This document shows positions 35,717 to 48,600 of a DNA stretch of 64,000 bases, one piece after another (position 1 is the first letter of the stretch; each line of letters starts with the position of its first letter). The DNA is taken from assembly GCA_000708835.1 (NCBI GenBank), contig DF236950.1:36075-100074 (forward strand). Direction: 5' to 3'. A program made the translations under genes and the position numbers. Origin of the DNA: Klebsormidium nitens. Lineage: Eukaryota > Plantae > Klebsormidiophyceae. The notes beneath the pieces were generated by a model. It was not told the DNA's origin and ran no database searches. It saw nothing but the letters and a program-made list of their open reading frames with translations.

Positions 35717-38700
35717 CTAGAGTAGCCAGAGCCAGCCCCCGAGTGCCCCCGCCGCCAGGCCCGAGGCCAAAAAGAGCACCATGACGGTGCCCGCCGTCTC
35801 CGCCTCGTGGGGGTCCACCCGCTTGGGCGCCAGCATCATCAACACGCTGCGGCAACGAGAGAAAAAAGAGAGAAATCAGGGCTTTTGGACTGACCGAATC
35901 GAGGGAGGTGGATACATGTTACGCGCACCGAGCGCGCATCGCGTGTTGCCCACTTCTGTAGGAAGCGAGCTCCCGAGGAAATATCGTCTTGCCTCCAAAG
36001 GACGCCAACGTTGCGGAGTCAACAGGGCTAAAAGCTTACAACGAGTCGAACAAGCTCGAAAAGCGGCTCACCCTGTGAAGTAGCCGTTGGTGGCCCCGAG
36101 CATGGCCGTGAGTGTAAAGACGACCCACTCGGCGCCCATGGCGGCCGGCCCGTGCAAACACAAGAGGAAGGCCGGGAAGAACAGCGCGCGCAGCAGCACG
36201 CACGACTGCGAAAACGAGGAAGGCAGTGTCTTGAGTTCCGTGGGAATCAATGAGAGCATCTGAAGCCGACCGAAAAGAAAGGAAACCCGAAGAATGATAA
36301 GGTGCGAAAATGAAGTGCGTTCTCTCGTCTCTAAGAAAAGCTCGTAGATGAAGGAGAATGGCGCCGAAGCACGGACACAGAGGCAAGACGGAGCTTCTTG
36401 ACAGCAAAAATAAAAGCAGGGTTCGGCTTTTGCAGTCCGGACCTTTCGTTTTGAATGGCTTCCAACCAGAAAGCGTGTGTTGTCGAAGTTGATAAGCGGC
36501 AGAAAATGACCAGCGCCATATCGACGCCAAGAGTCTGATCAAGCACTCACCACGATGACTTTATCGTTGCGTACAACAAAGAACAGCGGCAGCATCTTGC
36601 CGACAAGGTCGAACGTGTTGTACGTCGTGATCTGCATCAATCCAGGTGACGACGTCAGCGGCTACCACCGGTCTATTTTCGGAGGCTCGCTTCCAGTCAG
36701 GTCGCTTCTCGAGCAGAACGAAAAGAAGAGGGTGCATGTGTCCTTCGTCGGTCGGTTGCACGGAGCTGCCATCAAAAGGCTGCAAGCAGCGCAGGCAAGC
36801 AAGATATCTGCACAGTTTCTTTCAAGAGCCGTGCAGTCGCAGAGTCGTTCGGTGGCGAACGACTCTGAACACTCTGAACACAACTCTGAACACAGGAAAG
36901 ACGTAACAGAGTTCGCGTCAGTGCGCAAGTCGCCAACACTGCCTCGAGAGGAACGGTCCGTACGAGGACGGTACGTACCAGCAGGACGGGGTACCAGTCG
37001 CCCAGCAGGCCCGAGTGCACGTCCTCCGACAGAAAGCCGGGGAAGATGGACAATGTCACCTGAGAGAAGACAAACAAGAAGAGACAAGGAGAGTCAGCGC
37101 TGCTCTTGTGGATTCATGAGAATTCCAGCCAGCACGGAGGCGAGGTTGTTGCAACTTGCAAATGATTGTTGGGAGGTCAGCCTATGAGACGACGAGTAGC
37201 GAAAATGGCATGAATCAAGACCCTCCTCTTTTTAAGACCGTGGCCTAAAGTGGACCGGTTTGGACTCTTTAGATCAGCCCATAGGTGCGCCCGACCCGAG
37301 TTTCTCACTCTGACCCCAAAGCGAACAACACACGCACCACTTTTCGACACGATCGCAGGGGCTCGAGAAAGCAGCCCACCTCCCCTATATCCCCTAGAAC
37401 GCACAGGGCCCAAGCCCACGGGGATCGTGTTGATTCCATGCGGCGGGGAGTGGGCGCTCACCAGGAACACGAGCAGCATCATGACGGCAAAGAGCCAGAT
37501 CTTGCGGAAGACCTGCCAGAAGGTGACCGCCGTTTGGGGTGAGTCCAGCTCGACGAGGACCGGCGGAGAAGGGGGGGAGTGCGGGGAGCCTGGCGCCGAC
37601 AAGTAGGCGTCGAAGGATAGGTCTCGCTGGAGGGGGCTGGCCTGCAACCAGAGGATCGTAACGGAATTATGGGCTCAGAAGGCTGACACGTGTAAACGGG
37701 GCAGCTTCGTGTGGCGAAACAGATTGTGCAGAATGTTATTGTTAAGTAATGAAACCGGAGAGAAAGCTCAAGGATTCTGCTTCGCGGGAAGCGTTACATT
37801 GCACAGTCGTTGTCTGGATCTGAAACTCTCTTCCAAGAGCTGCCAGGATGGAATCTACATCAAAGTAGCGACACGGGAGAAAGCTTGCGGGCCCAACGGC
37901 CGGAGTTATCCGTAGACAAGCATAAGGCAAGACTTTGTGGGAAGATGGTCGTCTAGATGCTCACTGGTGAGTTCTTGAGAGACGGCGGCCCTGCGTTGGG
38001 CTCCCAGCGTTGACACCGCACCGGACTCTACAAGACGAGGCCAGCATGCGGTAAAATAAGTGTGGGCAGGCACGATAACAGCGTGACACGTGGCAGACAT
38101 TGGTACATTGCTGCTCGCTGCGCAAGGCATGAAGCAACACACGCACGGACTGCCTAGGGATGCGCATGAATCTTATATAGGGACAGGGCCTTGAACCTGT
38201 GTCAACCATCGACATGCACCATCCACTTGCCTCAATTGACACTCTTCTTTCAATCCGTGATCAAGGCGCACCTGGCCGTTCTCTAAGTGGAGGATGCTCT
38301 GGGCCTCGCCTTCACGCTCGCGCTTGCGCCGCTCGTAGTAGTGGATGATGGGCAGCTGGCGAAGCAGGCGGTATGACGCCAGCACGCCCGCGATGAACGC
38401 GGCGCCGATCAGGAAGTAGAGCACCGCGCTCTCGCGCACCCCAGGCCGCGTGCGGGGCAGCGCCGCCTGTGCACCAATAAAGAGAGATTGAAGATCAGCA
38501 AGGAACAGGACGACTATTGCTGGGCTGCAACAGGTTGCAAGGTCGGAACGCGAAGCCGAAGAGGGCGGGCAAAAGACGCGTTAATAGTGCTACGTTGCAC
38601 TGAACTTCGCAAAAACGGTAGAGCGGTGAATTGCACGCGGCTTTTTCTAGAGGAGAAAGAGGTGGGGACAAGAAAGAAGGGGAAGACCTAGCAACTGGAT

Positions 38701-41013
38701 TCATCCGAAAGCCACTTCGTCTGCTGTTCAAGGATAAGTCTCTGCCTGCTCAAAATTTTCAACAGGCCCGCATGCTTTTCTTCAGGGTTCAGCGGGCGTT
38801 CTCCTGACGTGAGTAACTCCCAATCTACAGATGAACGCAAATTCCAAAGTCAACTCCCAGGCTCCTTCGCTCTACTGCGCCTCAGGAGCTTGACCCCAGC
38901 GCAGCATGAAGCTCCTGAGGCGCAGCGAGCATCGTGTAGGGCGAAGGAGTTGTAGGGCCACAAAAATAACAACGAATGGCACCAAGCTGAATCAGGGCAA
39001 GTCTCGAGGCTATCTCCCACCTTTGTTATACAGCGTAGCAGGCTGACGATGAAGCCTGATGCCCCCGTCCCTGCCGTGATGGCCTGGGTGTACACCTCTG
39101 GCAACTCGCCGGCAACACCAAACAGACTCCCTACACACAGAAAAGGGAAAAACTTATGCACACATCTCAAACTTCGTGGAAGCGCAGTAAATCTGCTCAC
39201 AGCCGTCGCAGATTTAAGGAAAGGCTTTCACTAGAAATTCCTTCGTGAGCCACAGGGATCAGTACTACCGCCTAAGGCAAGCTTGGTAGGTCTGTGAGCA
39301 GGGCTGATGATTCTACATGCCTCTCCTTTCACAATAAGTAGATTGTGGCATTAGACCCCTCAGCAGTTCAAAGATTGGCTAAAATGTGTGCCGTTCCTTC
39401 TCCCGTCTCGTGATTCGATAGCAGTCAACCTGGGGCTTGGGGTGCCTCACCTTGCTCCAGCGCGTCCATGGTGCCTGCTATGACCACCAGCCCAACAGTA
39501 ACCGCCAACGTGGAGAAAGTGCCTTTGTCATCGCGGATGAATGCCACGTCAAGGAGGGGGATGACCTGGGGAAATGTGACAAAGGACAGCCCACTGTCAG
39601 GATCTGTGAAGGGGCCAGGGGGGAAAGATGCAGCTGCAAAGAATGACATGTCGTTGGCTCTCATTGAAACCATCAGGAAGACCTGAAAAAGTTTGGTGCT
39701 AGAGAACCACAGCAGAAAGTGAAGGCAAAAAGCAGCTGGGGGAAGATTCTGTCTGACTTGGCGCCGGAATGCGTGCGCTCCCCTCACCAGAAGGATAACG
39801 AAGAAGACGGTAAAGCCGGTGGTGATGCGCGCGGCGGGGGAGAAGCGGCGCCCATAGTTGATCACCAGAATGATGGCGGTGAACTGGGCCAGGATGTAGG
39901 CCAGCGAGAAGGTGCGGCTGCGGGGGGGAACAAGGGAAAGGAAGAGGAGAGGGGTAAGGAATAGGGGACATCTGATCTTCAGGCAATAGGGCATGTTTCA
40001 ACCTGGGGGCAATTGTTGGGCAACTAGAATTGGCCAACTGTGTTAGCAGTTGGAGGCAACCTCACATGCTAAATCCGACAGCCTACAATAGTCCAGATGC
40101 TGCTATTGGCTGTCCAACTACAAGCGGCTAAAGGGGCTGCTCACTGTTGCAATTGCTGTTGCCAATTGCTGTTGCCACAGATTGAGAAACATGGGCACGG
40201 CACAAACTCAGAAGGGGAGACTACACAACCATCTTGTTCGCAACTCCCATTGCCTACTAAGAGTGCTTCAGGCAGTCAGCCAACACAGGTTGCAGAACAT
40301 CTTGCCCCCAGCGGATCGGCCAGAAACATCAGAGTGTGCCCACTTACTCAATGTGTGCGCCAGGGTAGAGGTAGCCAAAATAGTCTGCGGCCGTGATGAA
40401 AGAGTTCCAGGAGAAGAGCAGGCCGGCGCCCATGATGAAAAACACGATGTACGCCACATTGTACTGCAAGGACAGCGGCGGAAGGTGTTCTAGACTTTTG
40501 AAGGCTGCCGGATACATATGGTTTGCATAGCAACTAAGATGGGCTGCAGACATGACTGTGCAGTGGCATAGAGCGGCTGATTGAGATGGACTGAATGACA
40601 GGAGCCTAATCAGCAATTGAACAAGTGGGATGTCAAGTCTGTACTCTACATCTACAACATACATTTACAATAACATCAAGCTCTCTAGCTCGGCCAAATT
40701 AGAAAGGGGCAGCCGCTTCAAGCAATGAGTGGATGATTTAGTATCTCTCTGTCCGAAATCCCCAACTGCACCAACATTGACAAGCTGCACGCAAAAGTTC
40801 AAGCTGAGACAGGCCTCGTAGCCCATATCTGGACTGTCTGGTTTGCTTGACAGAAAACATCGCTTGTGAATTAGCGCCAAGCTCCTGAAGCGAGCTCCGC
40901 CATGGCTGACAGAAAGAAATCTCAAGGAGCTAGTGGATTGCGCGAGGCTTTACCCTGTCCTTTGGGGGCTTTTCCTGGGGCAGCAGCTGTGCCCTGAGCA
41001 AGGGGTCGGTCAT
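35717..41013 (-). CDS. ENT1: Equilibrative nucleoside transporter, ENT1-like, copy A; 12 coding exons (possible extra upstream exon 41894-41822)
   Basis: Exons 41013-40954, 40463-40348, 39917-39788, 39565-39451, 39130-39021, 38466-38272, 38027-37965, 37641-37462, 37059-36979, 36631-36551, 36205-36072, 35846-35717. Motifs KPPKDRYNVAYIVFFIMGAGLLFSWNSFITAADYF, QGSLFGVAGELP, VTLSIFPGF, YNTFDLVGK, GATNGYFT, LAPKRV...ETAG...GLAAG...WLWLL*. Confidence 0.92.
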
Positions 41014-41663
41014 CGCTGCGCTTAACTGGTCCTGCCCACAAAACTGTTGAAAGGCTGGTTGCAATTAAATCACACTAAGCAGCCGTCATCTCCTTGGTCC
41101 CAGCTATCTGTTGAGCTTCGAGGTCAGTCTTGCAATGATCTAACTGGGTCTTCAGGTATATATTCCGACCAATCTGCAGACTAGAGTGGGTGGCCATGCA
41201 GCATGCTGCATGAATGCGTGATTGCCACCTTCATGCCCCTCGTCGCTGCCCCTCAGCAAGTCTGCAAATGTGAGTATAGGAGCTTTGGATCATACGTCCC
41301 CCGATCCGCCTCTTGAGAGGAGACTTCATGCGCCTTCAATCATCTGACCATGTCACGCAACCACTGCTCCTAATGTTGGCGGACCTTGAAGGTCTGCCCA
41401 ACTGCCACCTGTATTATGAGCAGGATAAGGTCCCAATCATTCACATTCACTCCCCTAGCAAGGATGGTGATCAAGCTGATCAGGACCCACCTTCCACCTG
41501 GCAAAATGGTGGCAATCTACCGTATTGAAGCAGCCTAGGTACGCCTTCTACCGATGGTAGCAGGATTCCACTGAACTCCCAGATGGAAATGCCCGCCCAA
41601 ATGGCAACCATCAACCCTGATTCACATTGCCGTGCTGCCGAAGTGCTCACCTACGCCGACTCT

Positions 41664-41995
41664 GTACCTAGCTACGGTTATCTGCAACTCCGACAGCAAC
41701 GGCGACTGCAACTAGGTACCGTACCGTAGTATCGTTGGGTATGTACCGGTACATGCAGCTCACTGCCTAGCCGGAGTCTTGGGTCAACTTGTACGTACTG
41801 GTACAGGCCGAGAGTAGGTACCGCCCAGCTCCGAGTCCGAGTCATGGCCATGTGCTTCACGTGAGCCGGGCCCCATCATTGCCAGCGCACTCATTTTGAC
41901 ACGAGGCTGCGTTTGAGCCTGTACAGCTGGCTTCCCATGTCGCCGCGAAAAAGCGTGACAGGTGTACCTTCTCATAAACCTTTGCCCGGTCGTAC
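41664..41995. promoter_or_regulatory. Dense GTAC cluster (12 copies), candidate SBP/SPL (CuRE-type) binding region between the divergent ENT genes
   Basis: GTAC at 41664, 41716, 41721, 41743, 41749, 41791, 41795, 41801, 41818, 41921, 41964, 41992. Function inferred only. Confidence 0.4.
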
Positions 41996-42688
41996 AATCA
42001 ATCTGTGTGTCAATGATCCTTGTTCGTTGTCGAGGTTTTGATCTGCTGGAATGCGGACACCACTGCAACTACAGCGTGACCGGTTAGTTGTCCAGCCGGG
42101 CGGCCGCGCGGCGGGCATTGCGCGGCCGCAGGTAGCTCCAGGTAAGGCTCGCGCCGCCGGGGCGGCCGCGCGGCCGCACTGAGCCACTGAGGCGCTGACA
42201 TGCAGCCACCCGGCCGCGCCCCGCAACTTTGCCAATATTTGGAAACTTGCGCAGCCGGCTAGCTGCTACACATCATGCTTTGTACGTCATGACTCATGAA
42301 GTTGTTGACATCAATTCTCTAGAATTGGTGTAATACAAATAGTTTGTAGAATAGAGAATTTGCTTTGCAGGGGCGGCGTTTACAACGCATTAACTCCGTG
42401 GGCCCGCTACGTGCTTCAGCTTGGTTGTTGTCTTCATCCAATGCCTTTGCTTGTTTCATAACTTAGTAACAATTATAGGTTATATGTCTGGCTTTGTTTC
42501 GATAAGATATTGTTCACCTCACCGCTTCGAAGACGGTGACCTGTTGCTAAACTGTTGCTTAAGTGCAGAAGGGTTGAAAGGTCTAGAGGACAAAAGGTTG
42601 GAGCATCTTGGCTTGCCAACCACTGAGATGCAAGCAAATCTCTTGGATTAGCGGGACTGGTCACCGCATGGAACATGAATGCTGAAGC

Positions 42689-45600
42689 ATGAGGAGAGCT
42701 GGGCAGTCGCCGAGGAGCGGGCCAGAGCAAGAGGTAGTGGACAGAGTTGCAATTCTGCATCCCAAAATGACGCTGGAGCTACTCAACCATGACAAGCCAC
42801 CGGACGACAAGGTGAGGCACCCGGAGTATGGAAGTGGAAGGCGCTGTTCGGAGAAATTACGCCTTGAAACCCTAAAATGCAATGCTGTTATAGAGCATCG
42901 CACCCATTCAGCAGCTTCAGCGTATTCATTATGAGCTAGGTGACAAGCAGTATCGAACAATCAGATGCTGAAGCCATACGTTGTGCCTGGGGAGGAGCAT
43001 CTTAAAACATAAACCCAGCAGGAGATTGAGGGGTGCCTACAACATGTGCCCTAAGGAAGCCACTCGTGCACCACCTTACTAAGCCCCAGACAACTGTTTC
43101 TCCGTTGTCATCTACTATCATTGATGTTTGAAGCAGGTTTGTCAGATAAACCCATAAGGGGCGGAAGATCCTTGTCAGCCAGCGATCAGGAGCTTTTCTA
43201 TAAATAGTCGGAAACTTGAGGGCTTCAGGAATCGAGACCGTCGTTCACACCCCTTCCCTGCAGTACAATGTGGCCTACATCATCTTCTTTGCCATGGGCG
43301 CTGGCTTCCTCTTCCCCTGGAACTCCTTCATCACTGCCGCCGACTACTTTGGCTCCCTCTATCCTGAGGCACACATCGAGTGAGTGGCGCTGCGACGCTT
43401 CGCAGCATCTTGTTGACTTCAGGTTTCTGACGTTGTCTTCTGTCATCTCAGTAACCTTGAATCACCAATGGACCGACATAAGTCTTGAACCAGACAATCT
43501 GCTGAACAGAAACAAATCAAGGCAACATGATTTCCTGTCTGAGATGGTTGATCGCTCTGTTCGCATAGACACGCTTCCGACATCATGCTTCATTTCTCTC
43601 TCTGTTTTTAGAAGAAGATACTGCGTTCTGTTCGGTCTGCTTGGCCATTTGGGCTGATCCGTCTGTGTTAAACGACCTCCGATATTGGAACTGTTGCTGA
43701 TCTTCTCCAGCTTGCTCTCGCTGACTGCAGGCGCTCCTTCAGCCTGGCGTACATGCTGCCCACCCTGGTGTCCATCGTTCTCCTCATCAAGTACGGCCGC
43801 CACTACGCGCCCGCCTCGCGCATCACTCTCGGCTTTGCGGTCTTCCTCCTCCTCCTGCTGGTCAGCATTCATGCGTCACTCTAGTCGAGCTTACTCTGAG
43901 TCCTTGTGTCTATGCTTCCCTCCTGGCAATCTCGACACGGAAATCGAGAATTCCAAGCCACTCTGGGGAGATCAGCCAACAAGTCACTGTCTGAAATCTT
44001 AGAAAGGTCTGTAGAAGTTTAGGCCTCAAGGGAGCCGGTCCAGGTTGGCATTCTTGAAGCCCCTTGTTCGCCTTTATATGTGCACGCTTTCGTCTAGGCT
44101 TTGCAAGCCTTCGTGTTGGCCATTTTTCTAACGTGGTTTCAAAGCCGCTAAGCCATGCATACATCTATGCAGATTGTACCCCTCATTGACATTGCCGTCA
44201 TTCGAAACGGCACTGGGACGCCCGCAACGCTGGCCATCACCATCGGCCTGGTGATGGTGGTCGGGACAATGGACGCGGTGGTTCAAGGTGAGATGCTGCA
44301 CAAAAAGCCCCGCAAAATCCGAATCGTTTCTTCACCTTCGTGCATCTGCTCTTGCACTCCTCCGCCCCTTGGTCGCTGCTGTTTTTCGGTCGTCGAATTA
44401 TCTACAAGAGAACCACATCTCTTCTGGGTGATTCAAGACCCGTCTTGTCGTTTGCCTTTGCTTGTTCGCTCGGTCTTTGTTCAACTGGCCTCTGTGGATA
44501 AATGGCGACCATTAAGAAAAAGCTTGCCATGACGATTGATGATCGTTCGTGACCACTCTCTGGAGGCTTATTTGCAATCCACCCGTTTGGCGCGACTGCT
44601 AACTTTAGCTGTGCCACATCGAGCAAAAGTGCGAAATGAGCTGAGACGCCCACATCGAGCAAATCTACGGAATGAACTGAGACCAGGACATGGCCTGGGT
44701 CCCGCTCGTGACTGATAGTGGGTCCGCCATGAGGTCCTGTAGGCCTTCGCTTGACCTGAACTCCCTGTACGTCACATTCGCATCTCGACATTTGTTAACA
44801 GTAGCCTTTAAGCGAGCAGTCAAACTTGGCAATCTGTAGTTGCGTAAAATCCGACGTCTGACTTTTGGGTACTAAAAATCTCGACAACACAGCGCGACTA
44901 GCTGGCAGTCAAGCGCCTGACTCATTGTTCGTTGTCGCTTCCCGCTTTTCTTTGATGCCGCACCTGTAAGTACTCCAAAGCTCACGCTGAAGTGGAAACA
45001 CGTAAACTTTCTAGGGAGTCTCTTTGGTGTGGCGGGCGAGCTGCCGGAGAAGTTCACGCAGGCGCTGTCAGGCGGGACGGGCGCGTCGGGGCTCCTCGTC
45101 AGCCTGCTGCGCTGCTTCACCAAGGTGAGGGGCAGCGCAATGTGCCACAGGGTGTGAACGTTTGCAAAGCTTGTTTCGCATGAGCTTTGGTGGACCATTT
45201 TGGCTAATGCAACTTCCGCTCCGGGTCCGATGCAACTCTGGGCGAAACGAGCTTGCTCTGCCGCCGTGTCGAATTATCGGGGTATCGTTTCGACACTTAT
45301 TTTCTTATGGAGTCTTAAGGGAAAAAACTTCTTTTGAGACTCATGCCTCGTCGACTGAAGCTGTAATCGACAAACCGTCGACTTGCTGCGAAGGTTGCCA
45401 GCACGGCTCAGCACCGCCTCCTCGCCGTCTGCTGACGCCGTGTGCTGTGCCCCTAGGCGGCCCTGCCCAACACGCGGCGCGGGATGCGTGCGAGCGCGCT
45501 GCTCTACTTTGCGATCAGCGCCGTCTTTATTGCGGGTGTGCTGGCGGCGTACCGCCTCCTCAAGAAGCTGCCCATCATACGCTATTACGAGCGGCTGAAG

Positions 45601-48600
45601 CGAGAGCGCGAGGCCGAGCCGGAGACGGTCGTCAGGGAAGAGGTGTGCATCATCTAGGGCCGTGTACGACTGAGCAACTGGGCTTCAGGGTCTCAGAAAA
45701 AAAGTCCGTGATGATCGAACTTCGTATTTGCACAGCGTTGAAATATCTGGTATACGAACGGTACGGTTGTCGAGGTCCAGCATTAAGTGCAACGAAAGCG
45801 TCGTGGTGGAAGATCTGAAAGGAAGCGGCTGCGCAGTGGGGACAAGCTCTCTGGCTTTCATGGCGGATGGGAGCGAGGCATCAACTTGACAACCACTAGA
45901 GCTGAGTGCACCCCAAATTGAGCGACAACAACGTGGAAAAGGCAAAGAGCAGCACTTGTTGAGCATGAGGTCTGCGGCGGTCATGGTGGGGCGCCCCCGA
46001 ATTGGCGACGACTGCCGAAAAGCGGTCCTGGTTTCTTTCTCGTCGTCCTTTCTCTCTCCTTGCACATCGTTTGCTCACACCCACGCCTGGCATCGCAGAG
46101 GGACAGTTTGTTCGGTAGGCTGAACTTCGACGCCTCCTTGTCTGCAGGGGAGCGTGGCCGGTCCGGCCAGTATACACGAGCAGAGCAACGGACACAACCC
46201 GCAGCGGTACCAGCGGCTAGAGCCTGCAGCGGGGGAAAGCAGTGAGGGTCGTCCTGAAGAGTCGCAGGTGCGCAGATCAACTGGTACCAACAGGCCCGTT
46301 GAAGATTACGCTCCTCCTTGTCCTGCCAACCATTTTAATCAGGTTACGATGCGCCTCATTGGGAGCGGGCACAGCTCTATCAGCGCCTCGAAGACTCCAC
46401 CCGTCAGGGAACAGTTGCTTCTAAGCCACCCACGGGAGGTCGTACTATTTTCCAACCAGCGTTCTTGCAACAAAGCCACTCGTCAACAGGCTCTTTCTTC
46501 GTACTAATATACAAGCGTCGGCCGTCGTGTCCGCCGCTCGCAGGTGCTGATTTCGACGCTGACCTCTGCAGGGCCCCGTTCTGGTACGCGAGCCGACCTT
46601 GAGCGCGTTTCTGGTATCGGAGATTCTGTCCCCGTCCCCGGTAGTTGTGGAGCTTGATCCGCCGCAGGCCCCCGTTAAGTTCGTACAGGTCTTCCGGAAG
46701 ATTTGGGTTTTCGCAGTCATGCTGCTGCTCATTTACGAGGTGAGCCGGATGCGCACTGTCTCGTACTGGCGCCCCTCCCCGTTCTAAATTGCCCTGCGTC
46801 CACTGTTGCAACAAAGTAAGGATTAGGAAGACGGTTCGTTGAGTGAAGCTTAGAGATTGCTGTCATGTCTGACGTGTCCCTCCTCCGCAAACTCAATCCG
46901 GGTGGCTAGAAGTGTGGCTTTGTCAGATTTCCACGTCACTAAGCATGATAACGTCGCAAGCCAATCGGTACATATCGCGGGTAAACGTCCGGTGCGAACG
47001 TCTCTTGAGAGCGCACTGCGCCCCGCGCATCAACTCCTAGGGTTCCTGAACGCCGCTATACTTCTGCTGCCGTGCTTTTCGCGCATTGAGTTCATCTTCT
47101 GTGATTCTCGTCAACTCTGCTGCCTGCTGAGCTCAGCAAAGATGCAATGTCTTGATTGAGCAGAGCAAGCCTACCAGAGAAAGAGGGAGCGAGGCCTCGA
47201 CAACTCCCGCTGTGTGCCCGCGCTGGACCCCCGAACACACGCCTTTCTAGTTGTCCTCTGACGGCCCTGCTCGGCACCGCTGCTTTTCCAGGTGACTTTG
47301 AGCATCTTCCCCGGCTTCCTGGCAGAGGACGTGCACTCGGCGGCCCTGGGTGATTGGTACCCCGTCCTGCTGGTACGAACCGGCAACTGACGCCCGGCTT
47401 GAGCAATCTGTCGTCTCCAGTAGTGGCTCGCGGCTTGCTATGCGACAGGAGCGGCGCGGAGGCTCCGTACCAAAATCTTCAAAACGGAGGGAGATGGTCG
47501 TAAAGGGTGCCTAGTACTTGTCAGTTTGGCCCTGTGACCCCCGCCCGTTTTGGCTGTTTAAGGGGCTGCGGAAGGCAGTAGGACCGGTATCCGCGAGTAT
47601 GACGGTTCGATTGACTCTTTGTGAATGCTTTGCAGATCACGGCGTATAACCTGGGCGACTTGGCTGGGAAGATGGCGCCCCTGGTCTTCGTTCTCCGAAA
47701 CGACACTGTCATCGTGGTAAGTGCAAATTGTTTTCAGGCATAGCCCAGGGTTTTCCGTTTTCATCCGGGGGATGAAGCCGGATCGAGCCAAATCTCGCGC
47801 TTTTCGCATTTTTGCTGATATTTTAAAGGACATTGCAGAGACGGAGAGAAACAAAGGAGAACGCGTATATTATAAGTCTAAGCAGCAGTTCGTAGATGAG
47901 CCGGGGCCTTCTGTGGGCTCATCATGCAAAGCTTCCAGAGCGAACGAAGATTATGTACGTTTGTGTCCTTCCGCAAAACGGACGCTTTGAATAAACATTC
48001 GCGCTCTCGAAGAGGTGCAGCGCAGCCGTCGATTGTCTGATTGTCTGATGGTTTTGCAAGGGTTCGGTCGGCCTAGCAAAGGTCCCTTCAGTGATCCGCA
48101 TAGATTGTTTCCAAACCACCTCCGGTCACAAGAGCATCTTGGAAACTACCGTCTGTTACCCTTCGGCATTGGACGTCGGGTGTTCTAGACACGGGGTAGC
48201 ATCCGACTGCTACTGTCGCCCGGCAAGTCATGTCAGACCTAACCAATATCCGAATGCTACGTGTCTGCGTTTCGTGTGCTTACTCCATCCTTGCTTCTGC
48301 ACAGGCAAGCGTGCTTCTGCGCGTCCTGTTCTTCCCGGCCTTCTTCGTGTGTGTCTGGGGGCCGGCGGCGATGCGCAGCGAGTGGATCGTCTTCTCCCTC
48401 ACGCTCGCGCTCGGGGTGACCAACGGCTACTTCACAAGGTGCAGCGCGCTCTTCCTTCCGGGCGTTTTGTTTTTTCCTCTCGTGTCGGGTAAACTTTTAT
48501 CGGTGTCCATGTGTAGCACCGAAGTACATCACATGATCTGCAGTCAAGCTGGAAGATGGAAAGCAGGCTCTGATCGCTCTTCCGGACAAGCCAGCAGCCT

